Below are positions 30,302-38,969 of a stretch of DNA of 64,000 nt, one piece after another (position 1 is the stretch's first letter; each line of letters opens with the position of its first letter). The notes beneath the pieces are model-generated. The model was not told the origin of the DNA and ran no database searches. It saw only the letters and a program-made list of their open reading frames with translations. Location of the stretch: assembly GCA_963668645.2 (NCBI GenBank), contig CAXXWC010000001.1, positions 96,001 through 160,000 on the forward strand. Reading direction: 5' to 3'. This stretch comes from Desulfobacterales bacterium (lineage in GTDB: Bacteria > Desulfobacterota > Desulfobacteria > Desulfobacterales > UBA2174). A program made the translations under genes and the position numbers.

Positions 30302-30792
30302 GGCTCGACCTTTCCGGCCCCCGGTTTGAGGGTCTGAAAAAATTCGCCCAGCAGCACCAGGGCCAGCAGCAAACAGCCCAGGGCCACGACCAGGGCAAAG
30401 GGATAATAGACGATGCGCAGCGTCTCGGTCACCTCCCCGCTGGCGCGCAGCACCAGGGCCTTGACGATCAACTGGCGCGCCGCCAGGCCGAAGAGAACCA
30501 GGCAGATCAGCCCGTTGAGCCCGTTCAGCACCCGCTGCACGCGCCGCGGCATGCGGGCCACGAGGACATCCACGGCGATGTGCCCCCGCCGCAGCTGGGT
30601 GTGGGCCAAGGCCAGGGCCGCCACCATGGCACCGAAATAGCCCATCAACTCATAGGTGCCCTGGATCGGCACCCAAACGATGCGCAGCAGGATGTTGGCG
30701 CAGGTCAGCAGGGCCATGCCCGCCAGGCAGACCCCGCCCACAGCGACCGCGCCCCGGTTGATCCAGCGGTTGAAACGGTCAAAAAAGTTCAT
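30298..30792 (-). CDS. dctQ: TRAP transporter small permease
   Basis: Four TM segments, GHIAVDVL; lies between dctP and dctM. Confidence 0.9.
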   Translation of the reverse strand: MNFFDRFNRWINRGAVAVGGVCLAGMALLTCANILLRIVWVPIQGTYELMGYFGAMVAALALAHTQLRRGHIAVDVLVARMPRRVQRVLNGLNGLICLVLFGLAARQLIVKALVLRASGEVTETLRIVYYPFALVVALGCLLLALVLLGEFFQTLKPGAGKVEP

Positions 30793-30887
30793 GAAACCAA
30801 CTTCCTAAGGCGTATCGAATCGAATCTCATCTTATTGGTCTGATATCGTTTTGAAGCGGACCACCCATTGGGGCGACGGGGTCCAGC

Positions 30888-31913
30888 TTACTGCTTGCGG
30901 TGCTTGGCGATCAGGCTCTTCAAATCGGCCAGGATCGCCTCGGCCGGAACCCCCTTCTTACCGGCATCGGCCACCCATTTGTCCGTCATCGGCTGAAGCC
31001 GGGCCTCCCAGCGGGCCTTTTCCCCTGCCGGCAGTTCGATCACCTCGACCTGGTAGGTCGCCTTGGACCATTGCACCGACTCTTTGACATGATCGTCCAT
31101 ATAATTTCCCGTCCACTCGCTTTGCTCCACGATCATGCCTTCCATGACCTTTTGGATCTCCGGGGGCAGGCTGTTCCAGCGATCGAGGTTCATCACCACG
31201 GCAAAGGGATAGATTACCGTGTCCACCAGGGTGACGTAGCGGCAGGTCTCGGCGAATTTGAAATCCTTGAGCACTTCCAACGAGGAGAGCAGCCCCTTGA
31301 CGACCCCTTTTTGCAGGGCCTCGGGCGTGTCGGACATGGGCATCCCCACCGGGTTGGCTCCCAGGGCCCCGAGCACCGCCGCCGCCGGGCCGCTGCCGCG
31401 CAGGCTCAGCCCCTGGATCTCTTCCAGGCGCCGCACCGGCACCTTGGACATGATGTTGGACTGGGCCGTGGTGAACATGGCCAGGACCTTTACCTTGGCG
31501 AACTCCTCGGGCTTGTACTTGTTGTACAGATCCAGCAGCGCCAGGCTGCCGGTGCGGGCATCGGGGATGCCCACCGGCAGGCCGGTGGCGTTGGTCACCA
31601 CGAAGCGCCCGGGTTGATAGGCCATGCACAGGCAGCCGATATCCGCCTGCCCTGCCACTACCCCGTCGAACATCTCCTTGGCCCCCAGCAGCGTTCCTCC
31701 GGGAAAGGTGTTGACCGCCACCCGGCCTGCGGTGCGTTTTTCCACCTCGGTCTTCCAGCGCTCCATCTGAACGCAGGGAAAGGTCGGCGCCGGCGGAAAA
31801 TTGGCGTAGCTCAGGGTGATGGTCTCGCCCCAAACCGCCGTCGGACCGGCGATCGGGACCGCCGCCAGAACGGGCAGGACCAGCAACAACAGGCTAAAAC
31901 GAATGCGCTTCAT
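30888..31913 (-). CDS. dctP: TRAP transporter substrate-binding protein
   Basis: Signal peptide, FPGGTLL, GLSLRG, GANPVGMP...ALQKGVV. Confidence 0.9.
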   Translation of the reverse strand: MKRIRFSLLLLVLPVLAAVPIAGPTAVWGETITLSYANFPPAPTFPCVQMERWKTEVEKRTAGRVAVNTFPGGTLLGAKEMFDGVVAGQADIGCLCMAYQPGRFVVTNATGLPVGIPDARTGSLALLDLYNKYKPEEFAKVKVLAMFTTAQSNIMSKVPVRRLEEIQGLSLRGSGPAAAVLGALGANPVGMPMSDTPEALQKGVVKGLLSSLEVLKDFKFAETCRYVTLVDTVIYPFAVVMNLDRWNSLPPEIQKVMEGMIVEQSEWTGNYMDDHVKESVQWSKATYQVEVIELPAGEKARWEARLQPMTDKWVADAGKKGVPAEAILADLKSLIAKHRKQ

Positions 31914-31975
31914 GGTCGACCTCCTCTCGGCCCTCGCCGGGCCGCAAGCGGGGCTTGCCGGAGCGTGGGTCCCCA

Positions 31976-33280
31976 TCAGACCTTGCCCGGGTCGCCGTTG
32001 CGATGATCAAAGACGCGTTGACTCTTGCGCTGGGTGCGCGGCAGGGTGCCCGGATCGAGGATCTCCACCGCGCTGCGCACCAGGATCTTGCGCCGCACGG
32101 CGGTAACGATCTGCTCGGCCAGGGCCGCATCGTCGTCCGCCGATCCGGCGGGGTCCCGCTCCACCCGGATCAACATCAGGTCGCGGCCGTTTTCCCGCTG
32201 GCGCAGGTGGATCTGGAACTCGCTGCCCGTGCCCGGGATCTGGCCCAGCAGATGGTCGATCTGGCTCGGATAGATGTTCACCGCGCGGTAGATGAACATA
32301 TCGTCGGTGCGCCCCACGATCTTTCCGTGCCGCGGAAACGGCACCCCGCAGGCGCAGGACCCGGGAATCAGGCGGGTGATGTCATGGGTCCGATAGCGGA
32401 TCAGGGGGCTGCCTTGCTTGCACAGGGTGGTCACCACCAGCTCCCCGGTCTGGCCGGGCGCCAGGACCTGGAGGGTCTCGGGATCCACCACCTCGAAGAT
32501 GAACAGATCCGCCCAGTAATGGATCCCCTCGTGCCGCAGGCAGTCCAGGCCGGTCCCGGGCCCGTAGACCTCGGTCAAACCGTAGATGTCAAAAATATGT
32601 TCCACCCCCAGCAGATCGCGGATCCGCTGGCGCATCGTCTCGCTGCACCGCTCGGCGCCCAGGATCACCTTTTGCAGCCGGATCTTGTCGCGCAGGCCGC
32701 GCCGCTCGACCTCCTCGGCCATCAACAGGGCCATGGAGGCCGTGGCGCAAAAGACGGTGGTTTGCAGGTCCACCAGCATCTCGCAGTGCATCTCGGCATT
32801 GGCCGGGCCCACCGGCACGGCCATGGCGCCGAAGCGCTCGCAGCCGGCCTGGAATCCGACCCCCGCCGTCCAGAGGCCGTAGCCCACGGCGATCTGAACC
32901 CGGTCGTGGCGGGTCAGCCCGGCCAGTTCGTAGCAGCGGGCGAACATGTCGCGCCAGACATCCAGATCCTTCTGGGTGTAGCACAGAACCTTGCGCTTGC
33001 CCGTGGTCCCGGACGAGGCGTGGATGCGCACCAGGTCCTCGAAGGGAGCCGCGCGCAGGGGAAAGGGATAGCCGGCCTGGAGCTGTGCCTTGCCGACAAA
33101 GGGCAGTTGCCGAAGGTCGTCCAGGCTGCGGATTTCATCCGGGCCGCCCAGCCCGGCGTCCGCCAGGTGCTGGCGGTAAAATGGCGAGTTGTCCCAGGCA
33201 TGGCGCACGGTCCAGCGCAGCCCTTCGAGCTGGATGCGCGCCAACCCTTCGGGGGTCAGGTCATGGTCGATAAAGGTCAT
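31976..33280 (-). CDS. paaK: Phenylacetate-CoA ligase family (arylacetate-CoA ligase)
   Basis: RIHASSGTTGK, YGLWTAG, YGLTE..GPG, IRYRTHD, GRTDDM. Confidence 0.9.
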   Translation of the reverse strand: MTFIDHDLTPEGLARIQLEGLRWTVRHAWDNSPFYRQHLADAGLGGPDEIRSLDDLRQLPFVGKAQLQAGYPFPLRAAPFEDLVRIHASSGTTGKRKVLCYTQKDLDVWRDMFARCYELAGLTRHDRVQIAVGYGLWTAGVGFQAGCERFGAMAVPVGPANAEMHCEMLVDLQTTVFCATASMALLMAEEVERRGLRDKIRLQKVILGAERCSETMRQRIRDLLGVEHIFDIYGLTEVYGPGTGLDCLRHEGIHYWADLFIFEVVDPETLQVLAPGQTGELVVTTLCKQGSPLIRYRTHDITRLIPGSCACGVPFPRHGKIVGRTDDMFIYRAVNIYPSQIDHLLGQIPGTGSEFQIHLRQRENGRDLMLIRVERDPAGSADDDAALAEQIVTAVRRKILVRSAVEILDPGTLPRTQRKSQRVFDHRNGDPGKV

Positions 33281-33300
33281 GAAACCACTCCTCTATTCGG

Positions 33301-33324
33301 AATCTCGAATCTCAAATCTCAAAT
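33301..33324 (+). repeat. Heptamer tandem repeat (AATCTCR)x3
   Basis: AATCTCG AATCTCA AATCTCA AAT between iorB and paaK. Confidence 0.6.
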
Positions 33325-33864
33325 ATCGAGTGCGGCTGCCGCACCGGCCGCCAGGGCCGCCAGGGCGCCGTCCATCAGCTTGGGCCGCGCACCGAGGGTC
33401 TGTCGAACGGCCCGGGATACATCTTCGGTGCTGCAAAAAAGCAGGGGCCGCCCCGTTGCGCCCTTGCTGGCCAGGGCAAAGCCGAGCAGAATCAGATTCA
33501 CCGCCCTGGGGTTGCCCAGATCCCGGGCGATGGCCTCGGCATCCAGAGCTCCGGGAAGATCTCCGGTGCCATTGACCACCGTCCATCCATCCGGGTTGAG
33601 AAAGGCACCGTGGGCCGCCAGATTCTCGGCCTTGAGCGCCAGCAGGCCGTCGGCCTGGCCCGGCCGGATCAAGGGGCTGTGAAAATCACCGACCTTCAAA
33701 TGGCTCAGCACCGTTCCGCCCCGCTGGGCCATGCCATGGGTTTCACTGGTAAATACCGGCAGGTCGAGGCTCATGGCCGTTTCGGCCAGAACCCGGGTCA
33801 CCAGCAAGACCCCCTGCCCGCCGACACCGCTGACGACTATCTGCTGGGATGTTTCGCGCTTCAT
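33319..33864 (-). CDS. iorB: Indolepyruvate:ferredoxin oxidoreductase beta subunit
   Basis: SGVGGQGVL, SETHGMAQRGG, AVNLILLG. Confidence 0.9.
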   Translation of the reverse strand: MKRETSQQIVVSGVGGQGVLLVTRVLAETAMSLDLPVFTSETHGMAQRGGTVLSHLKVGDFHSPLIRPGQADGLLALKAENLAAHGAFLNPDGWTVVNGTGDLPGALDAEAIARDLGNPRAVNLILLGFALASKGATGRPLLFCSTEDVSRAVRQTLGARPKLMDGALAALAAGAAAALDI

Positions 33865-33891
33865 AAAATCTCTCCGCATCGGCGCACCGGC

Positions 33892-35712
33892 TCAGGCCTC
33901 GGCCGGCACGATGGATCCTTTGGGACAAACCTGGATGCAGACCCCGCATCCGCTGCACAGGGCCGAATCGATGGTCACCGGTTCTTTTTCCCCGCCGGGC
34001 ACCAGGGCCGGGCACTCGAACTGGGTCACACAATAGCCGCATCCGTCACAGGTGTCCGTCACCTGCGGCGCAAGACCGGCCGGCCCGCCCCCATTGCCGG
34101 AGCGATCCAGCAGGCAGGGCCGCCGGGAGATGACCACCGCCGGACCGTTCTCGCGGGCAAAGGCCAGGGCCTCCTTGAGCAGGGCGATGGTCCCCTTGAG
34201 ATCGTAGGGATCGGTGGTGCGGCAAAACCGGACACCGCAGCCGGCCACCACCGATTCGATCTCCACCGCCTGAACCATTTCGCCGCCGGCCCCGATCCCG
34301 GAAGCCGGGGTCGGCTGGTTGCCCGTCATGGCGGTGGTGCGGTTGTCCAGGATCACCAGCACGAAACGCACCTGCTGGACCACCGCATCGATCAGGGCCG
34401 GGACCCCGGCGTGAAAGAAGGTCGAATCACCGATGGTGGCCACCACGGGCGGCGGCTTGGGCGTGTCTTTGAAGGCATGGTAAAACCCGGCGGCCTGGCT
34501 GACCGCCGCGCCCATGCAAAGGACGGTGTCCACCGCGCCGAGGTTCATCCCGAGGGTGTAGCAACCGATGTCGCTGGTATAGATCCCTTTTGGGGCGGCC
34601 TTCTTGACGGCGAAAAAGCTCGCCCGGTGGGGGCATCCGGCACACAGGGTCGGCCGGCGTCCGGCAGCGGCGGGCAGGCGCGGCACCTCGACGGCCCGCC
34701 CGCCAAAATCGGCCACCAGCCCGGCCACGGTCTCGGGCAGCAGCTCGCCGACCCGCGGCACATGGCCCGATTGTTTGCCGCGCACACGGTTGCGGTCGGC
34801 AAGCTGGATCTCGATGATCCCGGTGGTTTCTTCCAGGACCAGGATCTCGTCGTAGGCGGCCAGCAGATGGGCGATGAAATCGGTGTGCAACGGGAAGGGC
34901 TGGCGCACCTGGTAAAAAGGAAGGCGTTCTTCCAGCCCGAGAAAGGCCAGGGCCTCGCGCGCATGGGCTGCGGCCACCCCCGAGGCCACCAGGGCCCGCC
35001 GGCCGCCCGCGGACGGGTTCAGGTGCAGCGGGGCCGTGCTCGGATCGGCGGCGATCTTTGCCAGCTTGGCTTCCAGCTCACCGTGAAGGGTAAAGCGGAA
35101 TTTGGGCGTGGCGGCCCAGCGCATCGGATCCTTCCGGAATGAGGCAGGTCTCGGGGCCGCCATGACCTCACCGGGCGCCACGTCCTGGCGGCTGTGGCAG
35201 ACCCGGGTGGTGGGACGCAGCATCACCGGGATACGGTAGTTTTCAGACAGGGCAAAGGCCAGCCCCACCATTTGGTGGGCCTGGCGCGGGCAGTCGGGGT
35301 CGAGGACCGGGATCTTGGCCATCATGGCCATCATGCGGCTGTCCTGCTCGGTCTGGGACGAATGGGGCCCCGGATCGTCGGCGCTGATCACCACGAAACC
35401 GCCCGCGGTTCCCATGTAGGCCGCGCTCATCAGCGGATCGGCGGCCACGTTGAGCCCCACCTGCTTCATGCTCACCGCGGTGCGCAGGCCCGCCTGGGAG
35501 CCGGCATAGGCGATCTCGAAGGCCACCTTCTCGTTCACGGCCCACTGGACGTGCATCGAATCGGTGCGCAAGGTCCGCCAACGGGCCACGGCCGCCAGAA
35601 TCTCCGAGGACGGGGTCCCCGGGTAGGCGGTGGCCAGGCTGCATCCGTTTTCCACCAGGCCCCTGGCCATGGCCTCGTTACCCATCATCAGTTCGCGTTT
35701 GGCCGAAGCCAT
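33892..35712 (-). CDS. iorA: Indolepyruvate:ferredoxin oxidoreductase alpha subunit
   Basis: GNEAMARG, YPGTPSSE, NEKVAFE, KQVGLNVAAD, PTLCAGCPHR, DIGCY, GDSTFFH, two C-terminal 4Fe-4S motifs. Confidence 0.95.
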   Translation of the reverse strand: MASAKRELMMGNEAMARGLVENGCSLATAYPGTPSSEILAAVARWRTLRTDSMHVQWAVNEKVAFEIAYAGSQAGLRTAVSMKQVGLNVAADPLMSAAYMGTAGGFVVISADDPGPHSSQTEQDSRMMAMMAKIPVLDPDCPRQAHQMVGLAFALSENYRIPVMLRPTTRVCHSRQDVAPGEVMAAPRPASFRKDPMRWAATPKFRFTLHGELEAKLAKIAADPSTAPLHLNPSAGGRRALVASGVAAAHAREALAFLGLEERLPFYQVRQPFPLHTDFIAHLLAAYDEILVLEETTGIIEIQLADRNRVRGKQSGHVPRVGELLPETVAGLVADFGGRAVEVPRLPAAAGRRPTLCAGCPHRASFFAVKKAAPKGIYTSDIGCYTLGMNLGAVDTVLCMGAAVSQAAGFYHAFKDTPKPPPVVATIGDSTFFHAGVPALIDAVVQQVRFVLVILDNRTTAMTGNQPTPASGIGAGGEMVQAVEIESVVAGCGVRFCRTTDPYDLKGTIALLKEALAFARENGPAVVISRRPCLLDRSGNGGGPAGLAPQVTDTCDGCGYCVTQFECPALVPGGEKEPVTIDSALCSGCGVCIQVCPKGSIVPAEA

Positions 35713-35744
35713 CTTATCTGGTCCTCCATGATCGAGCGGTTGCC

Positions 35745-35777
35745 AAAAAAAGCCGGCCTCCCGCAGAGGCCGGCTTT
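35745..35777 (-). terminator. Intrinsic terminator (attenuator) in the iorA leader
   Basis: mRNA AAAGCCGGCCUC-UGCGG-GAGGCCGGCUUUUUUU, ending 33 nt before the iorA start. Confidence 0.9.
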
Positions 35778-35869
35778 CGATTGTCAATGGCCGTGAGCCG
35801 CTGGGGAATCTGCCAAAAGCCTCTCACGGCAAACACTTGGTTGTCTGTCGTGCCAGGCGGCAAGAAGCG

Positions 35870-35941
35870 TCAGGCCCACCACCACCAGCAACGACCCTCC
35901 ATACAATCCATACCTTCATGATCTTTAACGCTGCTCATCAT
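35870..35941 (-). CDS. Trp-rich leader peptide MMSSVKDHEGMDCMEGRCWWWWA (alternative starts 35911, 35902)
   Basis: Four consecutive TGG codons (35887-35876), then GCC TGA, located between the promoter and the terminator upstream of iorA. Confidence 0.8.
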   Translation of the reverse strand: MMSSVKDHEGMDCMEGRCWWWWA

Positions 35942-35948
35942 GGTTGGG

Positions 35949-35977
35949 CTAATACCCGAACCCGGCCAATTTGTCAA
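35949..35977 (-). promoter_or_regulatory. Sigma70-type promoter of the ior leader
   Basis: TTGACA-17 bp-TATTAG on the minus strand; predicted TSS about 35942. Confidence 0.7.
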
Positions 35978-36089
35978 GACAAGTTGACAAAAAAGTTAGC
36001 ACTCCAGCGCCTCTATTAGAAAACATTCCCAGCAAGTTCTTTTGCCCCGCTGCCGCAGGTGACGGCTGCCTGCCGGGCATCACGCCTAA

Positions 36090-36159
36090 ACCCCTCCGAT
36101 GAGGGGTGCAAATTACTTCTTATGGGGGATTGTGAGCGCAATCGATTCCAGTTTAATCT
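36090..36159 (+). promoter_or_regulatory. Tandem 18-bp NarL/LuxR-type operator plus -10 box
   Basis: ACCCCTC-CGAT-GAGGGGT (36090-36107), TTACTTCTTATGGGGGAT (36113-36130), and TAATCT 23 nt downstream; same geometry as 46176-46245. Confidence 0.6.
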
Positions 36160-36387
36160 TTAATCATAGGAAACTATAAAAAATATCACCCTGTGCCTTG
36201 ACAACTTTTCTGACTCTTTTTTGCGGCTCAAGCCGCCGGAAAATCCGATTCGTCCGGTGAAGCAGTCTCTCTTTCTTCTCTGCCAACTGACACACGCCAC
36301 TCTGGTGAGACACCCGGCGGCCGTACACCAAGGCCGCGGAAGGTGGCCATCAACCCCTGAAACAAATAGAGCAGGAGGTAACTCGGT

Positions 36388-37353
36388 ATGGAACCCTGGA
36401 GTCTGAACACATTACTGGTTTGTTTTGGCGGTGGCATTCTCGGCGCTGCCTTGGGAGGATTGTACGCCTTTGTTCTCTGCGGGTTAATTGTCATGGTGGG
36501 CTGTGCGATGGTGCTGTGCGGGGGATCGGACTTCATCCTGCTGCAGGTCGGTCTTGGTGCGGCCTTCGGCCCCCACGTAGGCGGCTTTTCTGCCGGCATC
36601 GTAGCCGGCACCTATGCGGCAGGCATCAAGAAGAACCATCCTGGCGGTGCGGCCAAGGACATCCTCTCGCCTCTCATGGAAACCTCCTGGGACGTACTGC
36701 TCATGGGCGGTATCGGTGCTTTGGCCGGTCACTTCCTGCTCCAGCTGATCGTCAAGATCCCGGTGGTCAACATGAGCGACTGCCTCGCGCTGACCGTGGC
36801 GATTCTTTGCATGGCCTCCCGGTTGATTTTCCAGAAAGAAATGCCCTGGGGCGATATGGAATCGATTAAAAAAACGGGATATTTCAACACGGACAGCTGC
36901 GCCATCTCATGGTGCCCCTGGAACGCGACCTGGGGCCGGCTGATCGTCTTGGGACTCGGGGTCGGCCTGGTCTCCGGAGCCATCGCCCTGGGCACCCAGC
37001 AGGTGCTGGCGCCGTTGGTCGAAAAAGGCACGGTTTCTCCTTCGGCCTCCTTTGTCGTCTCTTTGATTCTCGGCTGGTCGCTTGCGGCCATCAGCCTGAC
37101 AGGCCTGACTTTCGGCACCGGTTCGATCCAAAAGTTTCCGGTCTGGCACTGCCAGGCCGTGCTCGGCGCGCTGGCCTACCTGCTGTTCGGATCGCTGCTG
37201 CTGTCAGGTATCATCGGCATTCTGGCCGGTGTGCTGCAGGAAATCATGGCCCGCATGTTCTGGAATCACGGCAGCAACCACATCGACCCGCCGGCATGCG
37301 CCATTGCCCTCGGCACGCTGATGCTCAACATCATCAAGCAGGTCATGGGATAG
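36388..37353 (+). CDS. Polytopic membrane protein of unknown function (putative permease)
   Basis: Many hydrophobic Gly-rich helices; motifs FGPHVGGF and NHIDPPA; AGGAGG RBS. Confidence 0.85.
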   Translation: MEPWSLNTLLVCFGGGILGAALGGLYAFVLCGLIVMVGCAMVLCGGSDFILLQVGLGAAFGPHVGGFSAGIVAGTYAAGIKKNHPGGAAKDILSPLMETSWDVLLMGGIGALAGHFLLQLIVKIPVVNMSDCLALTVAILCMASRLIFQKEMPWGDMESIKKTGYFNTDSCAISWCPWNATWGRLIVLGLGVGLVSGAIALGTQQVLAPLVEKGTVSPSASFVVSLILGWSLAAISLTGLTFGTGSIQKFPVWHCQAVLGALAYLLFGSLLLSGIIGILAGVLQEIMARMFWNHGSNHIDPPACAIALGTLMLNIIKQVMG

Positions 37354-37372
37354 TCTGCGGTTTTTTGAAAAG

Positions 37373-37417
37373 AAAGGAAAGGGGCGGCTTTTCTTCAAAG
37401 CCGCCCCTTCCTTTTTT
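37373..37417. terminator. Bidirectional intrinsic terminator
   Basis: AAGGGGCGGCTTT-TCTTC-AAAGCCGCCCCTT followed by CCTTTTTT, between convergent genes. Confidence 0.85.
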
Positions 37418-37451
37418 GGCGTCCTGCGTGGTTGAAAATCCAAGACCGCAG

Positions 37452-38612
37452 TCAGATGACCGGCCCCACCATATAGATATCCATGGAACTGGTGTAGCCG
37501 GAAATTTCCGCCTTGGTCTTTTTCCCCGAAGCGACCCGAAGTATCTCCTCAAGCAGCCGTTGGCCTGCCGCTTCCAGGCTCTCGGTGCCTTCCATCACCG
37601 ATGAGACGTTAAAATCCATATGGTCGTTCAAGTTCTTCCAGGTCTTCTCGTTTCCGGTCAATTTGATCACCGGCACGAAGGGAAAGCCCTGGGGCGCCCC
37701 CCGGCCTGTGGTAAAAGCGATAACCGTGGCCCCGGCCGCGGCCAGCCCGGTCAGGATTTCCGGCTCGCGGCCCGGAGAATCCATTACCACCAGCCCTTTG
37801 ACATCCGGTTTAACACCGTACTCGTAAACGGCCTGGATCGGGGCGCTGCCAGCTTTTGCTATCGCACCGAGCGATTTTTCCTCGATGGTGGTCAGCCCCC
37901 CCTTGATGTTTCCGCCCGTGGGCTGCCCGCCCCGGATATCGAATCCCATCTGAACGGCACGGCCCTCCATCCGCTCCACCAAAGCCAGCACCTTGGCTGC
38001 CGTTTCCTCGTCTTTGGCGTGTTTGGCCAGCAGGTGTTCGGCGCCGATAAATTCGGTGATTTCCCCCAGGATGGAGGTCCCCCCGGCCCTGACGACCAGA
38101 TCGGAGAGGATTCCCACCACCGGATTGGATGAAAGCCCCGAAGTGGTGTCGGAGCTGCCGCACTTGAGGCCGAGCACCAGTTCACTCACCGGAAAAGGGG
38201 CCCGCTTCTGCTCGCTGGCCTCGGCGGCCATCGCCTGGGCCAGCAGGATCCCCTGGGCCGCGGCCCTGGCAGCACCGCCCACTTCCTGGATAACGACGGT
38301 TTCCACCCGTTTTCCGGCCGAGGCGATGGCATCGGCCACCTGGCCGACGTTCGTGCTCTCGCACCCCAGACTGACCAGCAGCACCGAGGCAAGGTTCGGA
38401 TTTTTCCCCAGACCGGCAAGCACCTCGTTGACGCGCCGGATGTCGACAGGGGTCTGGCAGCATCCCTGGTGGTGCAAAAAGGCGGTCGCCCCGCCCACCT
38501 GCGAGGCGATGTTGGAGGCCACCTCGTTGGCGCAGATAACGGTGGACAAGACCCCCACGTAGTTCCTGGCGCCGACGCTGCCGTCTTTTCGTTCATATCC
38601 GAAAAATTCCAT
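37452..38612 (-). CDS. UxaA-family dehydratase / sulfolactate sulfo-lyase (SuyB-like) large subunit
   Basis: GYERKDGSVGARN, TVICAN, HHQGCC, LGCE, KCGSSDTTSG, GNIKGGLTTIEEKSLG, FTTGRG. Confidence 0.9.
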   Translation of the reverse strand: MEFFGYERKDGSVGARNYVGVLSTVICANEVASNIASQVGGATAFLHHQGCCQTPVDIRRVNEVLAGLGKNPNLASVLLVSLGCESTNVGQVADAIASAGKRVETVVIQEVGGAARAAAQGILLAQAMAAEASEQKRAPFPVSELVLGLKCGSSDTTSGLSSNPVVGILSDLVVRAGGTSILGEITEFIGAEHLLAKHAKDEETAAKVLALVERMEGRAVQMGFDIRGGQPTGGNIKGGLTTIEEKSLGAIAKAGSAPIQAVYEYGVKPDVKGLVVMDSPGREPEILTGLAAAGATVIAFTTGRGAPQGFPFVPVIKLTGNEKTWKNLNDHMDFNVSSVMEGTESLEAAGQRLLEEILRVASGKKTKAEISGYTSSMDIYMVGPVI

Positions 38613-38918
38613 TTAGGATGCCTCCTTGCCTTTCAGATCGCCCCTGCCCCTGAGACTCTCGATGTTCTGGATATGGGCATGGGCCCCCTGCAGGATATCG
38701 GCGGTCGCTCTTCCCATCACCTCGCCGTACTTGATGATATCCGTTCCTTTGGCAATATCGACGACAGCGAACTTGTGCCCGTAGACGATCGCCTCTTTCA
38801 GGCGGATGCTGCGGGTTTCTTTTCCGGCCAGAAAATGGCAAACCTGCCCGGCCTCCAGGTCCTTGAGGGCCGTGGCGACGTTATCCCGGTGGCCGATCAT
38901 GATGGCATCGTGTTTCAT
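38613..38918 (-). CDS. UxaA-family small subunit (SAF domain, SuyA-like)
   Basis: DNVATAL, GHKFA, IIKYGEVMG, HIQNIESLRGRGDL. Confidence 0.9.
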   Translation of the reverse strand: MKHDAIMIGHRDNVATALKDLEAGQVCHFLAGKETRSIRLKEAIVYGHKFAVVDIAKGTDIIKYGEVMGRATADILQGAHAHIQNIESLRGRGDLKGKEAS

Positions 38919-38969
38919 GCACCCGATTCCTTCCTGCTTTTGCTGGGGTTATCGATCGAGGCGGTGATC

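Noticed and set aside
16453..35712. Many long antisense or alternate-frame ORFs (e.g. 17858-19090, 22061-23728, 28853-30049, 31955-33682, 33610-35142)
   Set aside because: Shadow ORFs typical of high-GC coding DNA; they fully overlap well-supported genes and show no motifs.
35824..35919. Alternative leader frame MKVWIVWRVVAGGGGPD...
   Set aside because: Only two separated Trp codons, and it runs deep into the hairpin region. The WWWW frame fits attenuation geometry better, though this frame is not formally excluded.
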